From assembly GCF_006345805.1 (NCBI RefSeq), contig NC_043021.1, forward strand, positions 9,176,001 through 9,240,000: DNA of 64,000 nt, read 5' to 3'. Both the position numbers and the translations under genes were made by a program. Position 1 is the first letter of the stretch, and each line of letters begins with the position of its first letter. Below, piece after piece: positions 38,791 to 52,009 of the stretch. The DNA comes from Octopus sinensis (taxonomy: Eukaryota). A model generated the notes under the pieces. The model saw only the letters and a program-made list of their open reading frames with translations. It did not search any database and was not told the DNA's origin.

Positions 38791-39691
38791 TAAATAAAGC
38801 GGGACATTAAGAGAGGAGAGAGAAATTGAGGAATAGAGGGGGTGATAGCAACAGATATGTAGAGGGAGGTAAATATAGAGAGAAGGGAACAGACAAGAGA
38901 TATAGAGAGGGTTTACAGTGAAGAATGATAGACAAAGATAGAGAGAGATAGAAAGTAGTGAAAAGATAGAGTGGTGGATTGTCAGAAATATGTGTAGAGC
39001 GGGATATAGACAGAAATGAGTTGACAGGGAGAGAACCAGGTAAATACGTACACACAAGGGGATGAATTGACGGAGAAAGATAGGGATAAATTAAGAGTTT
39101 GGAAGATAAGCAGAAGGATAGATAGTTATTAACACAGATTGGTTTATTGGAGTAGCAGAGACGATCGGTCGCACGATTTAACAAAACCACTTTGTCTGTT
39201 ATCAGAGTCCACTCGGTTACAAGTATTTGATCCAATTCTCCGATTTGAGGATAAAAACTCCCTTTACACTTTAAACTCCCTAAAAAGGGTCATGGGTGCT
39301 GCTCTCCCTTTAACTAAACCATAAAAAAAGCTAGGTCAGTAGAAAGAAGGACAATAAAAAAAAATACATACAGTTAGTGAGATATAAATAGATATAGAGC
39401 TGACAAAAATAGATTGACAAATATTCATTACAAGTACCAGTTTGGAACGAGCAACATGTCCACTCCGATAAAAGCCACTGGCAGATAAAGATAGATAAAT
39501 ATGTAAGGTGGATACAGACACTTAAGAAATAAATACGAAAAGAAATAAGATAGTTATATATCGTTAAATATATGCAGGACAAATAGAGAAACATACGTAG
39601 TCTGCAGGACGCACTATTGAAGAAAACAAGCGACCAGAAAATATAGATAGGTTCTAATAATGTATGTACCGTCTAAAGTTCTTTATTTGAT

Positions 39692-40077
39692 GAGTGGCTG
39701 TGTGGTAAGTAGCTTGCTAACCAACCACATAGTTCCGGGTTCAGTCCCACTGCGTGGCATCTTGGGCAAGTGTCTTCTGCTATAGCCCCGGGCCGACCAA
39801 TGCCTTGTGAGTGGATTTGGTAGACGGAAACTGAAAGAAGCCTGTCGTATATATGTATATATATATGTATGTGTGTGTTTGTCCCCCTAGCATTGCTTGA
39901 CAACCGATGCTGGTGTGTTTACGTCCCCGTCACATAGCGGTTCGGCAAAACAGACCGAAATAATAAGTACTGGGCTTACAAAGAATAAGTCCCAGGGTCG
40001 ATTTGCTCGACTAAAGGCGGTGCTCCAGCATGGCCGCAGTCAAATGACTGAAACAAGTAAAAAAGAGTAAAAGAGTA
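39692..40077 (+). mobile_element. SINE family A
   Basis: Match to A consensus. Confidence 0.9.
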
Positions 40078-40203
40078 AATAATCAATTTAAGATGAACAG
40101 TGTGAGCCCTCTACAAGCCCTTGTCCTTAATATTGGGGGAGAGTTTCGTTCCAAACCAGTTACAAGCTAGCTAGCTATCTATATCTCGTCCTCTGTCGGT
40201 TTT

Positions 40204-42355
40204 TGTAACACCTTTGATAAACCAATTCTTTTCCTGTGCAACGGGACTATAACGCGGGGAAATAAGAAACAGGTTCGCCTACCTTCTCGTCGTTTTGCCG
40301 TCCAGCTGTGCTCAATCCAAAACTCGTGCCCAGCCCGCGGACCTAACAATATCAGCTGCTAGTACCCGTCCCAATAAGCTCGCTCACCTTACGTCCATTT
40401 GTCGTGAGCACCCCGAGATGGATGACCCCCTGATCTTCCTTCCCTCACTTCCTCTCACCCTTCCTGTTCCTATCAAGCCCCTTGACCGCTGACGTCACAG
40501 CCCTTTCCTTCCAGCTCACCTCGTCCCCACACGACCCCCTGATCTCAAAGATCACCTCCTCACTTTACTCCATGTCAAAATCTGTCACACACCCCCCCCC
40601 CCAGGTGGATGCCTCACATGCTGTGCTTTCCATTGGCAGGTAATCTCGTTCTCTTCCTCTCCTCCACCTTTGTTGTCCAACAAAGCGACAATCCTGCAAA
40701 CATCCAAGATGTGACACGACATCCCATCCACAGGAACGTTATTTTTGGAGTTAATAGCCATCGCTGTTCCTCTGTAATACTGAGATGTGCAGAGTGCCTT
40801 CAGGGACATGACCCAGACTTCATCTCCCACCTCCACAAAGACAGGCTCTCTCTCTTCTGTAGGGTATTCTGATGGTCTAATAGGATGTTGCCATTCATAT
40901 CTGAACATCCCTCTGTGTGGCACAGACTCTTCAGCCTGTCCTGATTGGTGCATGTTGTACCAGAACACTGGTTCCAGCAGCGAGATGTGCCCCTCTCCTC
41001 CATGGCCTTGATCATTCCATGATGTATTTCCACAATCCCATTTCCACTTGGCCTATGCGCTGCTCTGAAGAAATGGTGTACATTCCACTTATCAAGCATC
41101 TCTTTCAATGTCTCCAAATGAAATGCAGTGTCATTGTCCATCAGCCAATTCATTCACAGGGCCCCCACTCCAGGAATATCACATCCAGGTTATGTGCAAT
41201 CTCATCTGCAGTACCTATTTCTTTATTACCCACAAGGGGCTAAACACAGAGGGTTCAGACATAGGTATTAAGTCAATTACATCGACCCCAGTGCGTAACT
41301 GGTACTTAATTTATAGACCCCGAAAGGATGAAAGGCAAAGTCGACCTCGGCGTAATTTGAACTCACAACATAGCAGCAAACGAAATACCGCTAAGCCTTT
41401 CGCCCGGTGTGCTAACGTTTCTGCGAGCTCGCCGCCTTAATCTCATCTGCAGTACCTGTCCTCAATTCCTTCCGAATGGCTGTCTGACCCAGCCCTCAGT
41501 CAACCATCGAGAGATATGTCCCCCGCTGGTAGTGTGTCACATCCTCCACCAATCGTCTCCAGTTGTGCTCTACCGAGATGTTTCCCTGCTCATGCACACC
41601 CAGAGCAGGGTCAATGGATTGACACCTATCACAATTCCCAATCACCTTTTAGATGCTTTGCCTAGTGGCATCAGCGTTGACCCTCCTGGCAAGATACAGG
41701 GTTCTATCCACACCCATATGATGCCTGGCATGCAGTCTCCTTAGCTCTGAGTCACTTAAACGACACATTGCAGCTATCCCCTGCTTTGAATCACTGATCC
41801 TACCCAGCCAGATTCAGATTTCAATGGAGTGCAGCCCAGATTTCAGGGCCAGTTCCACCCCCTTCAGCGCTATGTCCAACTCAGCTACATTGATGGGGTT
41901 GTAATCATCAGCTTTTCAAAGCCAGGCCACATACTCCACATCAACACCTCCGATTTCCAGTACAACCCCTCTCGCTATGCTGTCAACATCACATCATACA
42001 GCCCCAATCTCCAATTTGGGCACGAACCAGTTCCCTCTTACTGGGTCTTCTGATCTCATCCTCTCTAGGATCTCTTGCATCATCACTACAGTATGTCTAG
42101 CCCTTGTATCACACCAGCTGATACTACCACAATTTCTTGCTCACATGGAGCTGCAAATATACTGTACTCAATCCAAAACTTGTGCCCAGTCCATGCACCT
42201 CACAATAGCAGCTGCTAGTGCCCGTCCCAATAAGCTTGGTTGCTTCATGTCCATTCCTTGTGAGCACCCAAGGTGATAGAGGATAACCCCTGGTCTTCCT
42301 TCCTTCACTTCCTCTCTCATCTTTTCTGTTCTAGTCAAGCCCCTTCACCGTTGAA
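40204..42355 (-). mobile_element. Internally deleted Gypsy-type LTR retrotransposon (integrase remnant, PPT, two diverged LTR-like repeats), with a SINE C insert at 41217-41438
   Basis: LMDNDTAF...HRPSGNGIVE..H integrase core, VGDEVWV; G-tract PPT then TGTGACA at 40589; LTR 40204-40589; diverged direct repeat ~42140-42355. Confidence 0.8.
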
Positions 42356-43877
42356 ATTTCATCTCAGGAAACTAAGTACTTTCTGCCAAAAATCGCTGCT
42401 CAAAGCAAAAGTTTTGGCTAATGTCGTTTGCCATTTTTGTGGTTTCATTTGTATTGGTTTCTAATATTTCGACAATTTTTCAAGCTGATTACATGGAGGA
42501 ATCGTATTCATTTCCATTTTGTTTTTATCCGAAATGGAGAGGAACGCCATTCCTTCATATGATTGGCTTGAAAAATTGTTAAGGTATTAAGATATTTTCT
42601 TTTAACATGCAATCAATGGTAACTTTAATACACAACTGTGAGTGTGTGTGTGTGTGTGTGTGTTGCATCTATCTCTAACACTCTCTCTTTATTTATATTA
42701 CTTCTACAGTATCTTTTTCTGTATTCCTCTGTGACTATGTATATAAGTCCTGATTGATACTTAATATTATACATAACTCCACCCAAAGTAATTTTGTATT
42801 ATTTTAATTATCTGTCTGAAGAATTAGTAACAGGAAATGTTGAACATGTTTTTCTAAATGATAGCTCTGTAACTCCTATTAGTTAACAAAACATATGTAA
42901 TGGAACATAAAAAGTACCAATTTTTTCCAGTCTCCTGTTTTGATAAACACACACACACACATACACATGCACATATAAATCTGTGTTTTTCTCTCTCTGT
43001 GTATCTTTCTGTTGAAGAGCGTAGGCTCGAAACGTTAAAGACTTGTTTTATTTATATTTCCTGAGTGCCATACTAATACAATTGTTCGTTTGTTTTCCAC
43101 CTGCCTTCGTCTTTTGTTTATTTTCATAAAGCTTCCCGTTAAATATATGTATACATGTATATGTCAACTTTGAAAAATTCTTGGTTCATGAGATTTATCT
43201 ATCTTTTTCGTGTAGTACTGGGCTTAATTGCCATTTAGTAATTATGATATATCTGCTAATGACATAATTTTAACAAATTAAGTATTTATGTTTTATGGTA
43301 TTTATTTGACACACTTTTGTTTCACTCTTCTTCTTTTCCCTCTCTCTCACTCTCATTCCCTGTCTCCCCATATGCATACATGCATGCATGCATGTGAGTG
43401 TATATATGTATGTATGCATGTATGTATGTAAGCATGTATGTATGTATGTTTGTATGTATATGAAACAAATTGTTTTGAACGGTGGGATTTGAAGCAGATA
43501 AAGCTATAAATAATAGCATGGAGAATATAAGGTTAAAAACACAACCCTTGCCTCGGAAAAAGTCAAAGGTTGCTCATGGGATTTTTTTCCATCCAAGGAT
43601 TTTTTTCTTTGACTCAATATTTTACATGCAATTATTTACATTTACAGCTTTGCTTTTTCAGGGTCACTGAAATAAATACCAGTGGAGCACTGGGGCCCAT
43701 ATAACTGACTAATCCAACCCCTTCAAAATTACTGGCCTTGTGCCAATAGCAGAAAGGAACCCATTAAAAACAACTATTTCATATCTCTCAAAGTTCCTAA
43801 ATCTTTATGATACATACATACATACATACAAACATACATACATACTTGTATGAGAATACATACATAGAACAAAACAT

Positions 43878-44170
43878 ACGGTAAATCCTCGAGTATAATC
43901 CGCATTTTTTCTCCAAAATTTAAAAGTCAAAATCCCTAGTGCGTACTATATACAAGGTTAAAAATGAAAATTATCCAAGTCTCTATTTGTCCGGCAATGT
44001 TTATTCAGACGCGTTTTGTGATGTCGGGCGCGAAAATACCTTAAGCTAAGCCTGAAAGCAATGAAGTCATAAAAGAATCATCCATAACTTGCAGTAAGCA
44101 ACATTTATTAAACGTTATTACTGTTATTTCTTTATTTTCTGGAAACAAAATGCACAAAAAAGCTACACGT
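43878..44170. mobile_element. pogo/Tigger-like terminal fragment
   Basis: TACGGTAAATCCTCGAGTATAATCCGCA terminus resembling pogo-type TIRs. Confidence 0.5.
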
Positions 44171-44309
44171 TTGCATTATGTTATATATACATGGAAGGAC
44201 AAGTTTACTTCTTGAGAGTGATTGCTCTTCCCGCCTAGGTCAACAGGTAAGGTCTCTGTATTTCTTTCTTCCGTTTGCTTCTTTTTCTGTTGTCTTTTTT
44301 CCTCCATCG

Positions 44310-44600
44310 CACTACACATTGTTCCCTGATGAAAGTACAATCTTCCATGATGATAATACACTAGTTCACATAGCTAATGTCATGCAAAATTGGTACAATT
44401 AGCTCAAAAATAAAGTAGACCACTTTGATTGGCTTACACTATCACTGGGTCTCAACGTAACTGAACACTCATGGTGCATTTTGGAGCAGCAAGTGGGGAG
44501 GCACTTCCATCAAAAATCATTGCTGAAAGAGCTCACAAAATTTATTTGAAGACTGGATCAAAATCCCCCTGCCAATCAGGACATGTACAACTGAATTCCT
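44310..44600 (+). mobile_element. Tc1-type transposase C-terminal fragment
   Basis: IFHDDNTLVH...W..LSLGLNVTEH.W, a decayed QDDNAP.H...WP..SPDLN.IE..W. Confidence 0.65.
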
Positions 44601-44605
44601 TGACA

Positions 44606-46238
44606 TGAGGTTGGCCCGAAAAGTGTATAAGCTGACTATGAAGGAGTGATGCTAGAGCTATGAAATCTTGCATGCAATAATTTCAACCCTTCTTCTTAAT
44701 AATTGTATTGTTTCTTTCCAGATAAACTGACATCTGACTGTTCAAAGAACACTTCAAAAGTATCTAGTACCAGCTTGTCTTGAAAATCAACAAAATTTAG
44801 CAATGTGGTGTTATCAAGTACCTGCAGAAAATGGGTTTAACCCCCAAGGACATTCATGCTGACATGGTTGCTATATTATGGGATGACACACGAGCGTTAC
44901 CAACAGTGCAAAAGTGGGTAGCTGAATTTAGGAGGAGAACGGAGAACCTTGAGAATGACCCAACATCTGGATGTCTTACAACTGCCACCACTGAGGAAAA
45001 TATTGATCTTGTTCACCACATGGTGATGGCTGAGAGGCAATTGACTATAAATCAAATAGTCAATGCTATTAGCATATCTTGTAGGAGAGTTGAGAATTTT
45101 CTGCACAATGAACTTGACATGAGAAAGGTTTCTGCTCAGTGGGTGCCACATCTTCTGACACCTGATCAAAAGCACACCAGGCTGATCACATCAAGGGAAA
45201 ATCTGACATTGTTTTAGGGAGATCCAGCTGGTTTTTCTTGAACCTTTCCTTACTCAGGATGAGCATTGGGTTCATCACTTTGAGCCAGAGACAAAGAGAC
45301 AATCTATTCAATGGAAACATCCCTCCTCACCTGCTCCAAAGAAGGTCAAGGTCGTTTTATCTGCAGGGAAGGTAATGGTCTCAGATTTTTGGGATCCAAA
45401 AAACATTGTGTTTATTGATTATCTTCAAAAGGTCCTCGGTCATCATTGGTGAGTACTATACCAACTTGCTGAGGCAGTTATGAAAGGCTATCAAGACCAA
45501 CTGCTCAGGAAAACTGACAAAAGTGATCTTGTTTCATTAGGACAAAGTACTTGATTTCAATGGCTGCTGTGTGTGACTGGCTTGAACTGGTTGATCAGCC
45601 CCCCCTATTCTCCTGATTTGACCCCATCATCTGTTCCCCAACATAAAAAATCACTTGGCTGGAAACCAGTATTGCAGTGAGGATGACATCATATCTGCAG
45701 TTACTCTTTTACTCTTTTACTTGTTTCAGTCATTTGACTGCGGCCATGCAGGAGCACTGCCTTTAGTCGAGCAAATTGACCCCGGGACTTATTCTTTGTA
45801 AGCCCAGTACTTATTCTATCGGTCTCTTTTGCCAAACCGCTAAGTGACAGGGACGTAAACACACCAGCATCGGTTGTCAAGCAATGCTAGGGAGACAAAC
45901 ACAGACACACAAACATACACACACATATATATATATATACATATATACGACGGGCTTCTTTCAGTTTCCATCTACCAAATCCACTCACAAGGCATTGGTC
46001 GGCCCGAGGCTATAGCAGAAGACACTTGCCCAAGATGCCATGCAGTGGGACTGAACCCGTAGATTTTTTTTTTTACCAACAGGAACGAAAGTGTCTTCAC
46101 CAATGGGATCCAGGCACTGCAACACCAATGGAAGATGTGTGTGAACCACAAAGAGAAATATGATGGAAAATAAATCTCATTTGGTCACATTCCATCAGAG
46201 TATCTTGGTCAGCCTATGAACTTTTCTGCCAGCCCTCA
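44606..46238 (+). mobile_element. Near full-length decayed mariner transposon with a SINE A insert (45702-46060, minus)
   Basis: GLTPKDIHADM...WVAEF...KVSAQWVPHLLT, TQDE.WVH, HPSSP, PPYSPDL; degenerate TIRs TGAGG..GGC..GAAAAGT and TA at 46239. Confidence 0.9.
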
Positions 46239-46374
46239 TACTTCTCAAAGCATGAAACAATTCTATAGGTCTAGTGACTGAAACTCCAGCTGTCTATGCC
46301 CCAACAATTTGTCCTCTTTGGAAATCACACAGGTCACACATTTGGCTTATTTAAGTGTAAATATCTGCAAAGAT

Positions 46375-46745
46375 AGGCGCAGGAGTGGCTGTGTTGTAAG
46401 TAGCCTGCTTACCAACAACATGGTTCCGGGTTCAGTCCCACTGCGTGGCACCTTGGGCAAGTGTCTTCTACTATAGCCTAAGGCCGACCAAAGCCTTGTC
46501 AGTGGATTTGGCAGATGGAAACTGAAAGAAGCCCGTCATATATATGTATATATATGTTTGTGTGTCTGCTTTGTCCCTCTAGCATTGCTTGACAACCGAT
46601 GCGGTTCGGCAAAAGAGACTGATAGAATAAGTACTGGGCTTACAAAGAATAAGTCCCAAGGTCGAGTTGCTTGATTAAAGGCGGTGCTCCAGCATGGCCG
46701 CAGTCAAATGACTGAAACAAGTAAAAGATAAAGATAAAGAATTAA
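46375..46745 (+). mobile_element. SINE family A
   Basis: Match to A consensus. Confidence 0.88.
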
Positions 46746-47502
46746 AAAGCAGAGGAGTAAATCAGAAAGTACAAGGCATACATGTTGCATATAAATACAT
46801 TTGTGGGATGTGTGGTTGGCACTGGTTGGGTGCCTCACACTTCCTTACATAGTCAGGGAAAGGAAAATAGTGGGAACAAGAATCTCCGAACAAATAACAA
46901 TAATAATTTATTTCGCCGAAATAAGGACATCAGTAGCCTGGACGTCTTGGGGCTGGAAGCAGCAGAGCTGGTTTAAATCACCATTGTGAAGGCATTCTTC
47001 ACAGATTCGCTTAAGTCATATTCGCCTTCACACGGAGCTTGTCTCGTTGCATGCTGCTGGAGGGAAGAGAGAGAATAGCGGTCAAACCCAGCTGCGGCTC
47101 ATGACTGCGCATGTGCATAAGGGACTTCCGGCAGGTCTTCCAGAAGACTAACCCTTGCACAGGCATGGATGAAAATTCCAAAATGGCGTCTGGAACCATG
47201 CGTCACTACACATTTATACAGATTTGAACAGTTTTGGAATTGTCATATTGCTAATAGAAAAAATAATTGAATAAAAAGTGGTGTTTCTCTTATTTTGTCC
47301 AATCCTCCCTCTCTCTCTCTCTCTCTCTCTCTAATCAGCCGAAATTGTGAGGATGATCCAGTTCTTGACTGAAGATTAGAGACTTCGAATGACCCGTCCA
47401 TTTTTTGTGTCGTCTATTTGAGTGTTTTGCGTTCTTGTCCCATTTTGTATTTTTATATATATTTTTTATACATACATATATATATATATATTTATATATA
47501 TA

Positions 47503-47705
47503 TATACGATATAGTGCATATTTATACACATAAGGAATCCACCTAGCGTGAAATTCAACACATTAGAGAGAACAGCTAGGTTCTGTAAACCACAAAATTT
47601 TATCCGTTATTTTTGTGGTTTACAGAACCTAGCTGTTCTCTCTAATGTGTTGAATTTCACGCTAAATGGATTCCTTATGTGTATAAATATGCACTACATC
47701 GTATA
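47503..47705. repeat. Near-perfect 203-bp palindrome (hairpin MITE-like)
   Basis: 95-bp arms 47503-47597 and 47611-47705 with three mismatches and a 13-nt spacer. Confidence 0.9.
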
Positions 47706-48093
47706 ACTAATATATAGTCTTCTTGACTAATTTTTTTTGCACGTTAGACCACTGGAAATGTAAATTTTGATTGAATATTTTTAATTTAATTAAATTCCAT
47801 TTCCCTTTGATATGATTATATATATATACACACACACACGCATATATATATGCATATACATGTGTGTATATATATAAATATATATTTATATCTATATATA
47901 TAGCCTTATCTTATATACAAAGAATAATATACTATATGTATGTATGTTATTATAATCATCAGTTTAATAAATAAATAAATAAGTTAACATTTTTAATGTC
48001 CTAAAGTTGATCAACCAACTATTGTTCTCTTCCATTTTCTGGTTTGCAATATATGTGTATATATATTTACATTTATGTACATATATATGTACA

Positions 48094-48138
<45 letters not shown>

Positions 48139-49189
48139 ATGTATTCTCTTCTGTCATTTTGACAAAATATCATTTGAGCAGCTCAAACTGACAGTATTCC
48201 AAACTGTAAGTGGTTAAGCATTTTACAAGCACTTGTCAATGTAACCTACTCCTGTAACAATGTGACACTGCGTGGCAAAAACACCAGTTGTTTTGAATTA
48301 CACGTACACCTCATCTTCTGTGGAAGTATAAGTGCCAGGCACTTACGAAAAAACAAAACAAAAATATCCTTAGTACAGTCATTAGGTGATTAGGCAGTGT
48401 TTGACGTGACTGGCTTACTGTACTTTAAGTGCTGTCCAGCTGAAGAGATCCCACAGTTTCTGTCTACAAATTTCACATAGAAACCAATCATAGGCTACTG
48501 AATCATCAATCAACATCATCATCACAATCATCATCATCATCACAATCACCATTATCATTATCATCATTTAACGTTCATTTTCTATGTAGGCCTGTGTCGG
48601 GCTGGTGTAAAGCCAGGACCTGCACCAGGCTCCATTCTCTGTTCTGGCATGGTTTCTACAGCTGGATGCCCTTCCTAATGCCAATCACTCCATAGATTGT
48701 ACCGGATGCTTTTTATATGGCACCAGCACTGGTCTCAATTCTGCTGTGGCGAATGTACCTTCTTGAGCCCAACAAGGTGCCATATATCTAGGTCCTTTGT
48801 AATATCTTTCCAAAGGATAATAATCTAATTCTACACTTTATCACATTCAAAAATATGAACACGTTTTTAAGCACAGCACACACGGAGTCAAAAAGAAACA
48901 CTACCAGGATGAGTACTGCGTGAATGACAGTGCTCTCTCTCCCTAGCATGCAGCTTCCTATCTCAGACATGTGAGCATGAGCACAACAGCCAAACACCGT
49001 GTTGTTGGATCTGTGAAATGCACAATTCTATACAAGGATTTTTGTATTTTTTTCACAAACTAGGGTATGGCTTCTGTCATTAAGCTTAAGGATCATATAA
49101 TGTACAAGTATAAAGAAAGAGTTAAAGAAAAAAGGGCTCATTATATTGAATGTTATCGATAATATAAAGTGGAAATAGTGGGTGCTGCA

Positions 49190-49520
49190 GTTCTGCAGTG
49201 CCTATACATGAGCCGCCTCTGCTTGGACATGATGTGCAGTGACATGTTCTCTAGCTCCAACCTCGCAACATTACCTGCGAACCCTGGGTATCTCCACCTG
49301 TAATACAGAAGAGAGAAAAATCAATAAATACTGGAGCCTGGTCAGCCGCTCTCAGTTTGTGCCAGTTGCCATCATGACATTAGGTGTTCTAGGACTGTGT
49401 ACTACCAATTTTCTCTGCAAAAGAGGGATAATGGCAGTCCATTAGAGAAATGAGCCCCATAAGATGAAGTGGCTGCTGAAGTGAGTGTTGTTGGCATGCA
49501 GCCATAGCAATACCACCACA
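49190..49520 (+). mobile_element. Decayed restriction-like-endonuclease (CRE-type) non-LTR retrotransposon C-terminus
   Basis: VTCSLAP...EERKINKYWSL...FVPVAIMTLGVLG resembles E..K..KY..L....F.P.A.ET.G. Confidence 0.55.
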
Positions 49521-49639
49521 GTTTTTACCACAGGGTGTGGCTGAGCACACTCATTTGTTCCGGATTATGCAGCCCATCGTCCCCCTCCCCTCCACCTTCC
49601 TCTGCTTTACCCCGCTACCACCTTTTTTCCTTTTCTTTT

Positions 49640-50172
49640 TTATTTCTTTATTGCCCACAAGGGGCTAAACATAGAGGGGACAAACAAGGACAGACAAGGA
49701 GATGAAGTCGATTACATTGACCCCAGTGCTTAACTGGTACTTAATTTATCGACCCCCGAAAGGATGAAAAGCAAAGTCGACCTCGGCGGAATTTGAACTC
49801 AGAACATAATGGCAGACAAAGTACCTATTTCTTTACTACCCACAAGGGGCTAAACACAGAGGGGACAAACGAATTAAGTTGATTACATTGACCCCAGTGT
49901 GTAACTGGTACTTAATTTATCGACCTCGAAAGGATGAAAGGCAAAGTTGACCTCGGCAGAATTTGAACTCAGAATGTAGCGGCAGACAGATACCTATTTC
50001 TTTACTACCCACAAGGGGCTAAACAAAGAGAGGACAAACAAGGACAGACAAATGGATTAACTGGTACTTAGTTAATCAACCCCGAAAGGATGAAAGGCAA
50101 AGTCGACCTCGGTGGAATTTGAACTCAGAACGTAATGGCCTGGTGTGCTAACATTTCTGCCAGCTCACCGCC
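49640..50172 (-). mobile_element. SINE C tandem trimer
   Basis: Three diverged body units joined at AAAGAAATAGGTA; head at the right end. Confidence 0.88.
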
Positions 50173-51027
50173 TTCCTTTCCTTTCTCTTTTCCTTTCCTT
50201 TTTTCCATTTCTTTCTTTTCCTTTCTTATCTCTCTTCTTTCCTGTTCCTTTGTGTTTAAATGCTCTCATAAAATAAAGACAAAATATGGCCTCTACATTT
50301 TTAGTACACAACCTCCCCCCCCCCATCCTCACTGCTGATTAGGTCACCTAAATAACAGAAATAATATCAAGTACTTCTATAAAACCCACAGAGCATTGAA
50401 AAAAGTTTACTTTATCACTGCTTTGAGAGCTCATTACTCCTACATACCTACCACAATCCATGTTCCTATTTACAGTCAGCCTTGTGTAACTGAGGATCAC
50501 ATAAGATGTATTGCATAAAATTTCTACTTGCTCCTCCTTCTACTTATTGCACATGGGGATTTCCCTAATTGGTATCAGAAACCTTTATTCTTTTCTGCTA
50601 AAACCTTAGTCTTCACTAAGTTTATTTGATGCCTCGCAGTTTAGCTGGCTGAATTGTTAGGTGTTTTCACTCAATAAGCACACACAACGCCTAGTCTGGG
50701 AATCGAAACCGCAATCCTCCAACTGCGAGTCCACTGCCCTAACCACTGCACCATTGCACCTCTATGGTCATATATTTAGAAGAGAGATATTTCAGTTTCC
50801 ACACAGTTGGATAGAAAACAGATAGTTTGAAAAATAGATGTGAAAGGAAATGAAGCTAATGTGCTTTGCTAGATGTGCAATGTCAGTGTGCATGTATGAC
50901 AGAGTGTAAGCATCTTGAGAGAACAATTGTGTATAAGAGGCATCAGATGTAATGTGCACATGACCATACCAATATGGACAAGGACAGCTGTGTAAAGAAG
51001 TGCTAATCTCCAACTGTGGAGAGAACC

Positions 51028-51462
51028 TACTCTTTTACTCTTTTACTTGTTTCAGTCATTTGACTGCGGCCATGCTGGAGCACTGCCTTTAATCGAGCAA
51101 ATTGATCCCAGGACTTATTCTTTGAAAGCCTAGTACTTATACTATCGCCTTTAATCGAGCAACTCGACTCCGGGACTTATTCTTTTGTAAGCCCAGTACT
51201 TATTCTATCGGTCTCTTTTGCCGAACTGCTAAGTGACGGGGACGTAAACACACCAGCATCGGTTGTCAAGCAATGCTAGGGAGACGAACACATACACACA
51301 CATACATATATATATATACATATATACGACAGGCTTCTTTCAGTTTCCGTCTACCAAATCCACTCACAAGACACTTGCCCAAGATGCCACGCAGTGGGAC
51401 TGAACCCGGAACCATGTGGTTGGTTAGCAAGCTACTTACCACACAGCCACTCCTGCGCCTAT
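51028..51462 (-). mobile_element. SINE family A with duplicated 3' segment
   Basis: Match to A consensus. Confidence 0.88.
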
Positions 51463-51872
51463 GTAAGATGTAAATACAGAAAGACATGAGATGTGGTCAG
51501 TAGCAGATTGGCCAGGTTGCCAGCTTGCCTGATGGCAAGTGGGCCCCTGCCTCATTAGAATCCATATATGAGGGCCCTTGTTAGTATCTAAGGGGCCCAT
51601 CCCCTTAAGTTTGAGAATATTTTATTCACTCCTGGAAGAATGCATTAATTATTTCAGCCTGGCTCTATTTGTAGACAGTTGAAAAGAATACTTTTAACAA
51701 AAAAAAAAAATAAAATTATAGCATTGTACTTGCAGGTGGGCCCCCTTGTTGTTGCAGGCAGGCCCCCTAATAGTTGCAGGTGGGCCTCCTTAGTTTCCTG
51801 GCAACCAATATTTTTAGACTCAGTCTGCCACTGGATGTGGTGGTGAAGTATGATCTTTAGCTGTGGAGTATC

Positions 51873-51992
51873 TATTTCTTTATTACCCACAAGGGGCTAA
51901 ACATAGAGGGGACAAACATGGACAGACATAGGTATTAAGTCGATTATATCAACCCCAGTGCTTAACTGGTACTTAATTTATCAACCCCGAAG
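51873..51992 (-). mobile_element. 5'-truncated SINE C with 15-bp TSD
   Basis: TAGCTGTGGAGTATC at 51858-51872 and 51993-52007. Confidence 0.85.
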
Positions 51993-52009
51993 TAGCTGTG
52001 GAGTATCAT

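Noticed and set aside
38096-39235. Long minus-strand ORFs (up to 303 aa) rich in L/S/F/P
   Set aside because: Translation of a pyrimidine-rich minisatellite; the 94-bp unit cycles through frames and stops are rare by composition.
39139-39324. 61-aa ORF in unique sequence
   Set aside because: Non-ATG start, no donor site and no recognisable homology.
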